A DNA stretch of 64,000 nucleotides, taken from contig CAYOTK010000003.1 in NCBI GenBank assembly GCA_964406895.1, positions 9,529 through 73,528 on the forward strand, read 5' to 3'. Position 1 is the first letter of the stretch, and each line of letters starts with the position of its first letter. Shown here piece after piece: positions 49,848 to 58,313 of the stretch. A program made the position numbers and the translations under genes. Origin of the DNA: an uncultured Candidatus Saccharibacteria bacterium. GTDB taxonomy: Bacteria; Patescibacteriota; Minisyncoccia; Phycocordibacterales; PALSA-1337. The notes under the pieces are model-generated. The model worked only from the letters and a program-made list of their open reading frames with translations. It was not told where the DNA came from and searched no databases.

Positions 49848-49935
49848 GGTTGTTAATGATTAAGTTTTTAAATTTATATTGACAACTAATAGTTATTGAC
49901 TTACAATTGTGTTGAACCCTAAACCAACTGATCAC

Positions 49936-50073
49936 ATGATTGCCACGATATTGGCCGATCTCCTTTCAAATCCCTTCGTATATCTGGAAGCGTTCATAGT
50001 TGGGGCGCTGATCTGGACGCTCATGGGCTTCCCCGAATTTTGGACGCGCAAGTTCTGGGATCGCAAATCATAG
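49936..50073 (+). CDS. 45-aa single-TM peptide (absent from the ORF track)
   Basis: MIATILADLLSNPFVYLEAFIVGALIWTLMGFPEFWTRKFWDRKS; promoter TTGACA(49879)-17-TACAAT; terminator at 50094-50133. Confidence 0.6.
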   Translation: MIATILADLLSNPFVYLEAFIVGALIWTLMGFPEFWTRKFWDRKS

Positions 50074-50093
50074 CGCGTCTTGTCCCATTTCAC

Positions 50094-50133
50094 TCGTCCG
50101 ACTGGCGTCATGCTGGTCGGGCGGCTTTTTTTT
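50094..50133 (+). terminator. intrinsic terminator
   Basis: CGTCCGACTGGC/GCTGGTCGGGCG stem plus a T tract. Confidence 0.75.
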
Positions 50134-50351
50134 ACAACGAACTTACTAATCCACAAAGTTCTATCTCGCAAAGTTGATCCTTGAATTTATCTTATTTTTC
50201 CTAATTATTTCCAACATTGACAAATAGGGTCAAATAATGCTATAATGCTTGCAGTTTTAACATCGCTCTTTGACCAAAATGTAGACTGCGGAAGTGAGGG
50301 TAACGAGGCAACGACGTCTCGCATCTTCACAAACCGCGGTTTACCAAACTT

Positions 50352-50603
50352 ATGGAAACTTTACTGTCGATTTTGTCTCTGAGTTTCATTCTCTTTGTGG
50401 CTTTATTCGGCTCTGTCACCGGATTTTGTCGCTGTGCGAAGTGCAAGAGTTGGAATGTCAGGTACCGAGTTGGTCGGAGTTTCGATAACCACCATCCCGA
50501 TCACTACTGGAGGAGTGAATATTTCTTGTGCAAAAAATGTGGGACGGAAACTCAGATCAGCCATAGTCTGGAAAGACAAAGCGACTCCCCATTTTTTGAT
50601 TGA
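50352..50603 (+). CDS. small TM plus zinc-ribbon protein, GC-richer orphan
   Basis: N-terminal TM, CAKC...CKKCG; TTGACA-18-TATAAT promoter; terminator at 50637-50666. Confidence 0.65.
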   Translation: METLLSILSLSFILFVALFGSVTGFCRCAKCKSWNVRYRVGRSFDNHHPDHYWRSEYFLCKKCGTETQISHSLERQSDSPFFD

Positions 50604-50701
50604 GATCGCCCACTTTCAGGGCAGAATGTAACTCCGAAGCCGTGCGCAAGTGCGGCTTTTGTTTTACCTTATTTGTCATTTCAATGAACTTACCAATCCA
50701 C

Positions 50702-50729
50702 GAGGTCGGACCTCTAAAAGGTCCGACCT
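50702..50729. repeat. double-palindrome repeat, copy 3
   Basis: GAGGTCGGACCT-CTAAA-AGGTCCGACCT. Confidence 0.8.
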
Positions 50730-50735
50730 AAAAAA

Positions 50736-51062
50736 TTAGAAAGCAGGCGCTCTTATTTTTATATTAGTTAAAAGATAAAGTGAAGAATAAGGAGAAACTA
50801 TGTCACTTGTATCAAACCAAGAAATGTCAGTTGTATTTGAAATACATGTAGGACAAGGTAATGAGAAACGATTGACTTTGTTTTGTGCGGTTGAACATGG
50901 ATCTGCCTTGAGCGATATGACTGGCTCTATGGAAAGAATATGACCCTTGAGTACGCCGTCGATCTCATAGACTTCGAATCTGACACGCACCAAAGAGCCG
51001 TTGTTATCTGTAACAACTCTGGTGAATATTCCCTTCTGGTTTATATTAGAAATACTGAGCAT
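50736..51062 (-). CDS. hypothetical protein ending in IRAPAF
   Basis: 108-aa ORF with TAAAAT-N6-ATG start. Confidence 0.65.
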   Translation of the reverse strand: MLSISNINQKGIFTRVVTDNNGSLVRVRFEVYEIDGVLKGHILSIEPVISLKADPCSTAQNKVNRFSLPCPTCISNTTDISWFDTSDIVSPYSSLYLLTNIKIRAPAF

Positions 51063-51108
51063 GTTCTCATTTTACTAGAATGTGGGCGGAGGTCAAGTCA
51101 ATTTATAC

Positions 51109-51148
51109 AAAATCCCCGACCGATCGGTTGAACCGAAGGGCCGGGGGT
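51109..51148 (-). terminator. probable terminator of the 51194-51904 unit
   Basis: GC-rich CCCCG...CGGGG hairpin with an A tract on the + strand. Confidence 0.55.
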
Positions 51149-51193
51149 GACAGAATTACCGTATGGATCTCACCTTGTCAACAGCATCGAACT

Positions 51194-51586
51194 TTACCTC
51201 AAAGACGCTAGAAGACCACTCACACTTGACGAGGTAACCGAAAGGGTGAATTCATCGTCAGTCGAAATTACTTCAAGTGTCCACAGTGGTGATTGAAGCT
51301 TGATGGTTCCGCCTCCACCAACACCATGCACGCCAGAGACCGTTATTTCTTGCGCGTGCACAGAGGGAAGACCAAGTTCGGGCAACTTGCTCACCAACTG
51401 ACCTAGGGGTGTACAGCCAAGCTCGGTCAGAGCACTGTCAATGTTGTGTCCGTTCGGCATCAGATTTGGCGTCTCGTTCGCAATCGCTACTTGTTCGAAT
51501 AACTGCAGGAACTCTGCCATTTGGACAGCTTGAGAGTTCCCACCATCCAACAATTTCAACAGGTTGATATTTGTTTGCATAACCAT
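51194..51586 (-). CDS. hypothetical protein, GC-richer orphan
   Basis: SD AAGGAG upstream; 6 nt after the upstream stop. Confidence 0.65.
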   Translation of the reverse strand: MVMQTNINLLKLLDGGNSQAVQMAEFLQLFEQVAIANETPNLMPNGHNIDSALTELGCTPLGQLVSKLPELGLPSVHAQEITVSGVHGVGGGGTIKLQSPLWTLEVISTDDEFTLSVTSSSVSGLLASLR

Positions 51587-51592
51587 ACTCCT

Positions 51593-51904
51593 TCACTTAT
51601 TCCTCCGGGGTGAGCCGGGGAACTTAGTTGTTAGCAACACTTCCAATTTCTCCGCGCCGTGCGGGGAGTTGAGTATTGCTGTGAGTGCACCAAGAGAATC
51701 CTTTCCGTGGTCCCGAATCGCGCATGCATACCAGCGTCCAGCTTTCGCTTTCTTCTGGCTTCCGGTGTATTTAAACACCAGTGCATATGCTTTTGTGGGA
51801 CTTGAAGCAGATTCAACAAGGTTGAGCAATTTAGGACAAGTCCAAATTGCCTTGGAGCGTGTCAGATAACCAATGATTTCGACAGCGTCGTCCTCAGAGT
51901 ACAT
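51593..51904 (-). CDS. hypothetical protein, GC-richer orphan
   Basis: SD AAAGGA; promoter TTGTAA-17-TATAAT at 51985-52013. Confidence 0.65.
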   Translation of the reverse strand: MYSEDDAVEIIGYLTRSKAIWTCPKLLNLVESASSPTKAYALVFKYTGSQKKAKAGRWYACAIRDHGKDSLGALTAILNSPHGAEKLEVLLTTKFPGSPRRNK

Positions 51905-52055
51905 GACGTGTTCCTTTCCTTTTCAAAGTGCCATTCAGAATGATGTTCCAAATACAGCTGTATCTGGCATTCTTACTGACAGTAATTATAACACGAGATT
52001 AAATATATTACAAGTCATAAAACATTCGAATATACCATCTTATTTTTTACGCTTA

Positions 52056-52206
52056 AGAAGCACCTGCATATACTTTTTGCACTCACCGCAAAATCGCCAT
52101 TCCAAATTGCAACCGTATTCGCTTCCACGGCTTCAGCGAATACGGGCAATTTGTTCATGGCTCAATCGCATTGCGGTGAGTGCAAAAAGTATATGCAGGT
52201 GCTTCT
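52056..52206. repeat. long inverted repeat (36-bp perfect arms plus inner stems)
   Basis: 52056-52091 is the exact reverse complement of 52171-52206. Confidence 0.9.
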
Positions 52207-52232
52207 CTACCCAATGTAAAAAATAGATGTAA

Positions 52233-52829
52233 TTAACTCCTAAACTCCCCAACCTTAACTCTCGGCGCCTTGAGTAACTTACCATTCAATGAGTAACCTT
52301 TTTGCAATACCTGTATAACAACTTGATCTTGTTTTTTGTCATCAACAGCAACGTGTTCAATCGCCTCATCTCTGTTGTGATCGAATTTTTCGCCTATAGG
52401 ATTGACTTCCTTCCAGCCATTTTCTCCGAGAACTTTCTTGAGTTGATTGTAGATATATTCGACACCTACACGCCAATTTTTGTCGACTTTCTCCCATGAT
52501 TCCTTGTTACCAATAGCCATGTCGAAACTTTCTAGGACAGGAATAAGGTCGCCAACAAGTCCTTCATTGGCATATTTCATGAATTCAGTGCGGTCAGCTT
52601 CATCACGCTTGCGAGCATTGATGAGATCTGCCTTGGCTCTTTGCCAACCGGTCAAATACTCTAGTTTCTCTGTTTCGGCTTTCTTAAGTTTTTCTTTGAG
52701 TGTCTTGATGATCTCTTTTGCGCTTTCTTCCGCCACGACAGAATCATCTACATTATCCGAATCAGTGTCGGATGAAATGTCAGCATCAATTTCAGGAACA
52801 ATATCTTTGTCGTCTAAATTATTGGCCAT
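52233..52829 (-). CDS. grpE: nucleotide exchange factor GrpE
   Basis: RAKADLIN, FDHNRDEAI, QKGYSLNGKLLKAPRVKV. Confidence 0.95.
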   Translation of the reverse strand: MANNLDDKDIVPEIDADISSDTDSDNVDDSVVAEESAKEIIKTLKEKLKKAETEKLEYLTGWQRAKADLINARKRDEADRTEFMKYANEGLVGDLIPVLESFDMAIGNKESWEKVDKNWRVGVEYIYNQLKKVLGENGWKEVNPIGEKFDHNRDEAIEHVAVDDKKQDQVVIQVLQKGYSLNGKLLKAPRVKVGEFRS

Positions 52830-52901
52830 AGATAAATAATATCAAAAGTGTTGGAATTGGCAATTGCCAACAAATGAGATGTGTCGATATTAATAATGAC
52901 T

Positions 52902-53312
52902 TTAACGTTTGGACCACTGAGGACTCTTTCTGGCTTTCTTGAGACCGAATTTTCTGCGCTCTTTAGCACGAGGATCACGTTTCAAGAAACCGAGTTTCTT
53001 CAACTTACCACGAAGTTCTTTGTCGTATTCAATGAGAGCTCTAGCTATACCGTGTCTTGTTGCCTCTGATTGTGCAGATACGCCACCACCAACAACTTTG
53101 ACTACGACGTGAAATTTCTCTGAGATTTTGGAATTCTGTATAGGTTCCATAACTGTAGCTTGCATTTCTTTGACTGGGAAATATCCTGCTAAGTCTTTTT
53201 CGTTTATTTCATAACCAGCTTTTGATCCAGGGAATATGCGAACTCTCGCAACAGCAGTTTTGCGTCTTCCTACGGCCTCTATGTATTTGTGTGTTGATTT
53301 GGTTGGTGTCAT
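52902..53312 (-). CDS. rpsI: 30S ribosomal protein S9
   Basis: GRRKTAVARV, ERRKFGLKKARKSPQWSKR. Confidence 0.97.
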   Translation of the reverse strand: MTPTKSTHKYIEAVGRRKTAVARVRIFPGSKAGYEINEKDLAGYFPVKEMQATVMEPIQNSKISEKFHVVVKVVGGGVSAQSEATRHGIARALIEYDKELRGKLKKLGFLKRDPRAKERRKFGLKKARKSPQWSKR

Positions 53313-53316
53313 TGTA

Positions 53317-53661
53317 TTAATTCTTTATTGTGAGATTCTTCATTCTAGGATCACGGAGCTTGTTGTCAGGAATCATTCTTCTAATAGCTCTCAAATATGC
53401 TTCTTTTATTCCTGCTCTTCTTATGAGCTCGCCCAATGTTTCTGACTCTAGACCACCGCGATGTCCTGTATATGTTACATATTTGTCGGAATCGCGTTTC
53501 TTGGCAGAAATATCCGTTGAATTGGCGTTTATGATTTCTACTTTGACTTGAGCTACAGTGTTCTTTGCGAAACTTGTAGACTTTTTGCCAAGCAAAATAC
53601 TAGCTGCTTCGCTCGCTATACGTCCCAATTTCTTGCCTTGTGCGTCTAGTGTGTATTTCAT
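53317..53661 (-). CDS. rplM: 50S ribosomal protein L13
   Basis: LDAQGKKLGRIAS, YTGHRGGL; ATG at 53661. Confidence 0.95.
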   Translation of the reverse strand: MKYTLDAQGKKLGRIASEAASILLGKKSTSFAKNTVAQVKVEIINANSTDISAKKRDSDKYVTYTGHRGGLESETLGELIRRAGIKEAYLRAIRRMIPDNKLRDPRMKNLTIKN

Positions 53662-53665
53662 GGTT

Positions 53666-54016
53666 TTATACAAATTCTATAAGTGACATCGGACTTCCAT
53701 CCATATCTCTGTTTGGTAATTTGACTATGCGTGTGTATCCTCCTTTGCGATCTTTGTATTTTGGAGCGACGACATCGAAAAGTTTCTTTGTTTCTTTTGC
53801 ACCCTGAATAGAAGTCATAACATTTCTCCTAGAAGCAACTGTGGAAACTTTTGCTTTTGTGATGAGCTTCTCTATCATGGGTCTCAACTCTTTTGCCTTG
53901 GCAGTAGTTGTTTTGATCTTTGAACCATTGATAAGATTGCGAGCCAAAGAACGCATCAAAGCATGACGTTGTGTTTTCTCTCTTCCAAATTTTCTTACGT
54001 TTGAATGATGTCGCAT
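53666..54016 (-). CDS. rplQ: 50S ribosomal protein L17
   Basis: MRHH...IKTTTAKAKELR, RKGGYTRI. Confidence 0.97.
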   Translation of the reverse strand: MRHHSNVRKFGREKTQRHALMRSLARNLINGSKIKTTTAKAKELRPMIEKLITKAKVSTVASRRNVMTSIQGAKETKKLFDVVAPKYKDRKGGYTRIVKLPNRDMDGSPMSLIEFV

Positions 54017-54023
54017 GGTATTA

Positions 54024-54992
54024 TTATTTCAGACTTATGCCGTATTCAGATAAGACTTTTTTGATTTCTTGTATACCTTTTGAACCAAGGCCATCAATAT
54101 CCATAATATCTGACTCTTTCTTTCTGGCCAAACCTCCCAAAGTGCGAATGTTGCCATTTGTGAGAGCTTTGATAGTTCTGGAAGAAAAACCGAGAGCGTC
54201 GATCCTTGTTTTCAAAAGTTCTGCATTGTTCTCTTTCGAAGAGGCGTCTTCTGAAGATTCTGATTCATCTGCTTTCGCAGCAACTTCTGGTACAACTTCT
54301 TCTTCCTTGAATCCTACAACTGATTTGAGCTGATTGATCATAAGGATAATAGACTTTTCTAGAGCTTCACGTGCTGTGATAGTACCATCTGTTTCAATGG
54401 TTAATCTCAATCTGTTGAAATCTGTCCTGTCTCCAACGCGCATGTTTTCAACTTCATAATTTGCTTTTCTTATAGGTGTGAAAGCGGCATCAAGTGTTAT
54501 TGCGCCTATTTCTACTCTGTCTTTCTGAATGACTTCTTTTGATACGTAGCCGAGACCTTTCTCTGCAGTTAATTCGATCTCGAGTTCTGATGACTTGTCT
54601 GTAAGAGATGCTATGTGCTCATCTGCATTCATGATTTCGACTTGTCCTGGAGCCTCTATGTCTTTTGCTGTTACTTCCTTGATACCCTTTGCTTTGAGAG
54701 TCATTGTTTGTGGCTCATCTGTATTCAAACGAATGCGAAGTTTCTTCAAGTTGAGCAAAAGTGTTATAACGTCTTCCTTGACGCCATCAATTGCAGAAAA
54801 TTCATGGCTTACGCCTTTAATTTTGACTTTTGTAACCGCTGCACCAGGTAGGGATGAAAGTATGATTCTGCGAAGAGAGTTACCTAATGTGTGGCCATAT
54901 CCTGGATATAGGCCATCAATCTCATATGTACCAACGTTATCTTCCTCACGGATAATCTTTGGCTTTGATGGGAGTATTACTTCGTATATCAT
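54024..54992 (-). CDS. rpoA: RNA polymerase alpha subunit
   Basis: GYGHTLGNSLRRIILSS, HEFSAIDGVKED, alpha-CTD. Confidence 0.97.
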   Translation of the reverse strand: MIYEVILPSKPKIIREEDNVGTYEIDGLYPGYGHTLGNSLRRIILSSLPGAAVTKVKIKGVSHEFSAIDGVKEDVITLLLNLKKLRIRLNTDEPQTMTLKAKGIKEVTAKDIEAPGQVEIMNADEHIASLTDKSSELEIELTAEKGLGYVSKEVIQKDRVEIGAITLDAAFTPIRKANYEVENMRVGDRTDFNRLRLTIETDGTITAREALEKSIILMINQLKSVVGFKEEEVVPEVAAKADESESSEDASSKENNAELLKTRIDALGFSSRTIKALTNGNIRTLGGLARKKESDIMDIDGLGSKGIQEIKKVLSEYGISLK

Positions 54993-55039
54993 ATGTTTTT
55001 AAAATAGATTAGTAATTATACATTAAAATGATTAATTGT

Positions 55040-55642
55040 CTAGCGTGTATAGAACTCTAGCACTGCCTTAACGTCAAACAATAAGTCAGTCGTTTCAACA
55101 CTTGGAATACCATCAATCGTTATGGATTTCTTCTCGGCATCTATCTTGATCCATGCAGGAAACTTGACATTCTTGATTTCTTCATCGAGTTTGGCAAAAA
55201 TCGCTTTGTTCTTACTGCCCTCTCGGATAGTGATGACATCACCTTTTTTGACTGACAATGAAGGTATGGTTACGGCTTTGCCATTCACACAAATATGTCT
55301 ATGTGCAACCATTTGACGAGCTGCTGATCTAGAAGAAGCGAAACCTGCTCGCAAAATAACATTGTCCAATCTACTTTCTAGGATCTGAAGCAAATTCTTG
55401 GCATTGTCTCCTTGAGATTGGAGGGCCATCTTAACGTACTTTGTGAATTGATTACCAGATACACCATAGCTGAAACGTGCGCGTTGTTTCTCGATCATTT
55501 GCTTGCCGTACTCACTCTTTGCAGAAAAACTCTTATTCTTGAGTTTTCTCTGAGAACGTATTGCGTATTTTTGTGTTTGAGTCTTACGGAAGACTGGAAC
55601 ACCCAAATATCTAGCTCTTTTGTATCTTGGACCGATTTTCAT
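55040..55642 (-). CDS. rpsD: 30S ribosomal protein S4
   Basis: SEYGKQMIEKQ, LESRLDNV, ARQMVAHRH. Confidence 0.97.
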   Translation of the reverse strand: MKIGPRYKRARYLGVPVFRKTQTQKYAIRSQRKLKNKSFSAKSEYGKQMIEKQRARFSYGVSGNQFTKYVKMALQSQGDNAKNLLQILESRLDNVILRAGFASSRSAARQMVAHRHICVNGKAVTIPSLSVKKGDVITIREGSKNKAIFAKLDEEIKNVKFPAWIKIDAEKKSITIDGIPSVETTDLLFDVKAVLEFYTR

Positions 55643-55652
55643 ATGATTTTAA

Positions 55653-56084
55653 TTATACTCTTCTTGGCTTCTTAGGCTGAGGACCATTGTGAGGTACAGG
55701 AGTCTCATCCTTGATAGATGAAATGGTCACACCTTTGCTGATAAAACCTCTAATGGCTGATTCTCGACCAGATCCAACACCCTTTACTACGACACTAATC
55801 TCGCGAAGACCAAGGTTTTGTGCTTTGAGGGCCAAAGTCTCGCCAACTTTTGCAGCTGCGAAAGGTGTGCCTTTCTTGGCTCCACGGAATCCTGCGCCAC
55901 CACTCGATCCCCACATAAGCGCATTACCATGTGTGTCTGTAAGCATGACTTTTGTATTGTTGTATGTTGATTGGACATGAAGAATACCAACATCAACACG
56001 CTTCTTTGAGCCAGAAGAAACTGGCTTGGACTTTCCATCATTTGATTCTGCACCTTGAGTTGTGACAATGCGTTTTTTTCCCAT
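55653..56084 (-). CDS. rpsK: 30S ribosomal protein S11
   Basis: STYNNT, KKGTPFAA, TPVPHNG. Confidence 0.97.
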   Translation of the reverse strand: MGKKRIVTTQGAESNDGKSKPVSSGSKKRVDVGILHVQSTYNNTKVMLTDTHGNALMWGSSGGAGFRGAKKGTPFAAAKVGETLALKAQNLGLREISVVVKGVGSGRESAIRGFISKGVTISSIKDETPVPHNGPQPKKPRRV

Positions 56085-56099
56085 GTTAATGTTTTATGA

Positions 56100-56480
56100 T
56101 TATTTCTTTTCTTCTTTCCTGCGACCTGATCCCATAGTCTTGCGTGTATTACCACGAACTGTTCTGGAATTGGTCTTTGATCTTTGACCACGAGCAGGAA
56201 GATGTCTGCTATGTCTCGAACCTCTGTAGGTTTTGATATCCTTGAGGCGTTTTATGTTGCCAGCAACTTCACGTTTCAAGTCTCCCTCTATCTTGAAGGA
56301 CTCAACTAGTTTGCGAATAGAATTTTCTTGATCTACTGTAAGGTCTTTTGGTTTGATCGAAGCGTCAATCCTGGTTTTGAGTAAAATATGTTTTGCTCTG
56401 GATCTGCCGATGCCATAAACAGCTGTCAAAGCAATATCAAGTCTTTTGTTTTCTGGAAGTGTTATACCAAGGATTCTCAT
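56100..56480 (-). CDS. rpsM: 30S ribosomal protein S13
   Basis: YGIGRSRA, IEGDLKRE, LPARGQRSKTNSRT. Confidence 0.97.
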   Translation of the reverse strand: MRILGITLPENKRLDIALTAVYGIGRSRAKHILLKTRIDASIKPKDLTVDQENSIRKLVESFKIEGDLKREVAGNIKRLKDIKTYRGSRHSRHLPARGQRSKTNSRTVRGNTRKTMGSGRRKEEKK

Positions 56481-56492
56481 TGTATTAAAATA

Positions 56493-56609
56493 TTAGCCTT
56501 GTCTTTGCTTGTGACGTGGATTGGCCTTGCAGATAACATAAACATAACTACCGCGGCGCACCACGTTACATTTCGGACAAATTCTTTTTACTGCTGCTTT
56601 GACTTTCAT
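56493..56609 (-). CDS. rpmJ: 50S ribosomal protein L36 (absent from the ORF track)
   Basis: [38 protein letters not shown]. Confidence 0.96.
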   Translation of the reverse strand: MKVKAAVKRICPKCNVVRRGSYVYVICKANPRHKQRQG

Positions 56610-56831
56610 TTATAATCTTCGCGTTATCCTTGCTCTTCCCCCATAAGGGTCAAGCTCCAATTCAACCTTATCCCCTATAAGCACACGAATTCTGTTCATT
56701 CGCATCTTGCCAGCAAGATATGCCAATACTATATTTTCGCTTCCTTCGATTTGGACTCGAAATAAAGTATCTGGCAAGGCTTCTGTAACTGTGCCTCTTT
56801 CTGTGCTTTTTGATTTGGGCGCGGTTTCCAT
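56610..56831 (-). CDS. infA: translation initiation factor IF-1
   Basis: GTVTEALP, AGKMRMNRIRVLIGDKV. Confidence 0.96.
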   Translation of the reverse strand: METAPKSKSTERGTVTEALPDTLFRVQIEGSENIVLAYLAGKMRMNRIRVLIGDKVELELDPYGGRARITRRL

Positions 56832-56887
56832 TGTTTGTAGCGCGTTAAGAGATATTAGCAGATAAGCCCTATAATAGTCAATAGGTA

Positions 56888-58294
56888 TTACTTGTTTTCG
56901 ACATTAATAGTAATCTTATCGGGATTCGATGGGACTCTTGACCATGGTGGTACTAATTCTCCTGAAGCTTTGTCTACAACAGCTCCATATGGCTTGAATA
57001 TAGACAATGTTTGTGAAAGAGATGATCCTGCAAGCTTGGATTTTATTTCGTCTATAGGAACAATTCCTACGAGTTTCAAATCTCCCTTCGCATGAATTAT
57101 CAAAGTGTTTTTATTTGTCGCCGAAAAGTCTTTTGTATTTGCAACATTCACTGCAAGTTTATCCAAGCCCACGGCGTCAAATTCAAAATTATCGAAAGAT
57201 GCCACCGTTTTGCTTCCTGCGAGTTTTGTAATAAGATCTCGCTTTTTCATTATCACTCCACTCATTGTTCCCTGAATTGAAAGCAAAGCGACACTACTAG
57301 AAGTTGCATTTGATATTGATGGCGAAGAATAGTTGGTTTGTTTCAAGGTATTGAAGAATATATATCCTTCAGGGACTGAATTCTGGATTTTCTCTGCAAG
57401 CATATCTACCAATTTGCCTTGAAGAATTGCAGTAGATGATGCCAGAGTTTTCGAATCCACAATTTTCTTATCACTATCAGCACCACCTGAAATATCAGCT
57501 GTTACATCAGCATAAATAGTATCGTATTTCGGAGATCCTTTGTAAGCTACTATTTTGAGTCTCGTGTCGGATGAATTCCTGGAAATATTGTATATCTGTC
57601 CGGGTTGATCGGCGGTTACTAATACGGAGATTTTACCCGGTGTTGATTTGCCATTTGTGACGATCTGCCCAGGAATTATAACTGACGATTGTGTTTTGTA
57701 TATATAACCCTTACTAGAAGCCAAACGAGTTCCCGCTATCAGTCTTTGAGGCTGCGAACTAAAAGTATTGTATACAGTGATCTTTCCCTTTGCCTTCGTA
57801 GAGCTTTGAGGAATATTAGATGCGGGAACTGATAGTGTCTGAGTATCTGTTACGGATATTAGTTCGTATGAAAGAGTATCTGCTGAAGGAGCGTGTCTAA
57901 CCACATAATCACCGTTTATATTCACAGGAATGATCTTCGGAGTAATAGTAAAAGTGGCTTTTGTATAGAATGAAGATGCGAAATATCCAATAACGGCGAT
58001 TATAAGAATAACAGATGCAGAAATAATGAAGACATTGGGTCTTCTCTTCTCCCCATTGCGTTCGCGGGTCTTCTTGGTTGGTGCTGTATCTATTGTGATC
58101 TTTCGGAGATGTATTTCTCTTTCGCTTATTTCCTCATCATCTATTGTGGCCACGCTATTATCGACCTCATCGACAGATGATATCTCCTCTGGTTCTTTTT
58201 CTTTGCGAGTTTTTTTGCGAGGCTTGTCATCGAGAGATATATCTCGGATTGAGCGTCGTTCATTTGGAACTATATCTTGTACTCTTCTTGGCAT
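56888..58294 (-). CDS. single-TM protein with a large extracellular beta domain (baseplate-J-like region)
   Basis: QDIVP N-terminus, charged linker, TM, KAKGKITVYN...LIAGTR...VTADQPGQIYNI. Confidence 0.75.
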   Translation of the reverse strand: MPRRVQDIVPNERRSIRDISLDDKPRKKTRKEKEPEEISSVDEVDNSVATIDDEEISEREIHLRKITIDTAPTKKTRERNGEKRRPNVFIISASVILIIAVIGYFASSFYTKATFTITPKIIPVNINGDYVVRHAPSADTLSYELISVTDTQTLSVPASNIPQSSTKAKGKITVYNTFSSQPQRLIAGTRLASSKGYIYKTQSSVIIPGQIVTNGKSTPGKISVLVTADQPGQIYNISRNSSDTRLKIVAYKGSPKYDTIYADVTADISGGADSDKKIVDSKTLASSTAILQGKLVDMLAEKIQNSVPEGYIFFNTLKQTNYSSPSISNATSSSVALLSIQGTMSGVIMKKRDLITKLAGSKTVASFDNFEFDAVGLDKLAVNVANTKDFSATNKNTLIIHAKGDLKLVGIVPIDEIKSKLAGSSLSQTLSIFKPYGAVVDKASGELVPPWSRVPSNPDKITINVENK

Positions 58295-58313
58295 AAGAAT
58301 AATTTAACACAAA

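Noticed and set aside
49848-49935. CIRCE element upstream of dnaK
   Set aside because: There is no TTAGCACTC-N9-GAGTGCTAA match here or upstream of grpE.
49932-50171. 79-aa minus-strand ORF upstream of dnaK
   Set aside because: The + strand 45-aa ORF has a promoter, a TM helix and a correctly oriented terminator, so it explains the region better.
51873-52226. 117-aa + strand ORF
   Set aside because: It runs through a promoter and the long inverted repeat and shows no coding features.
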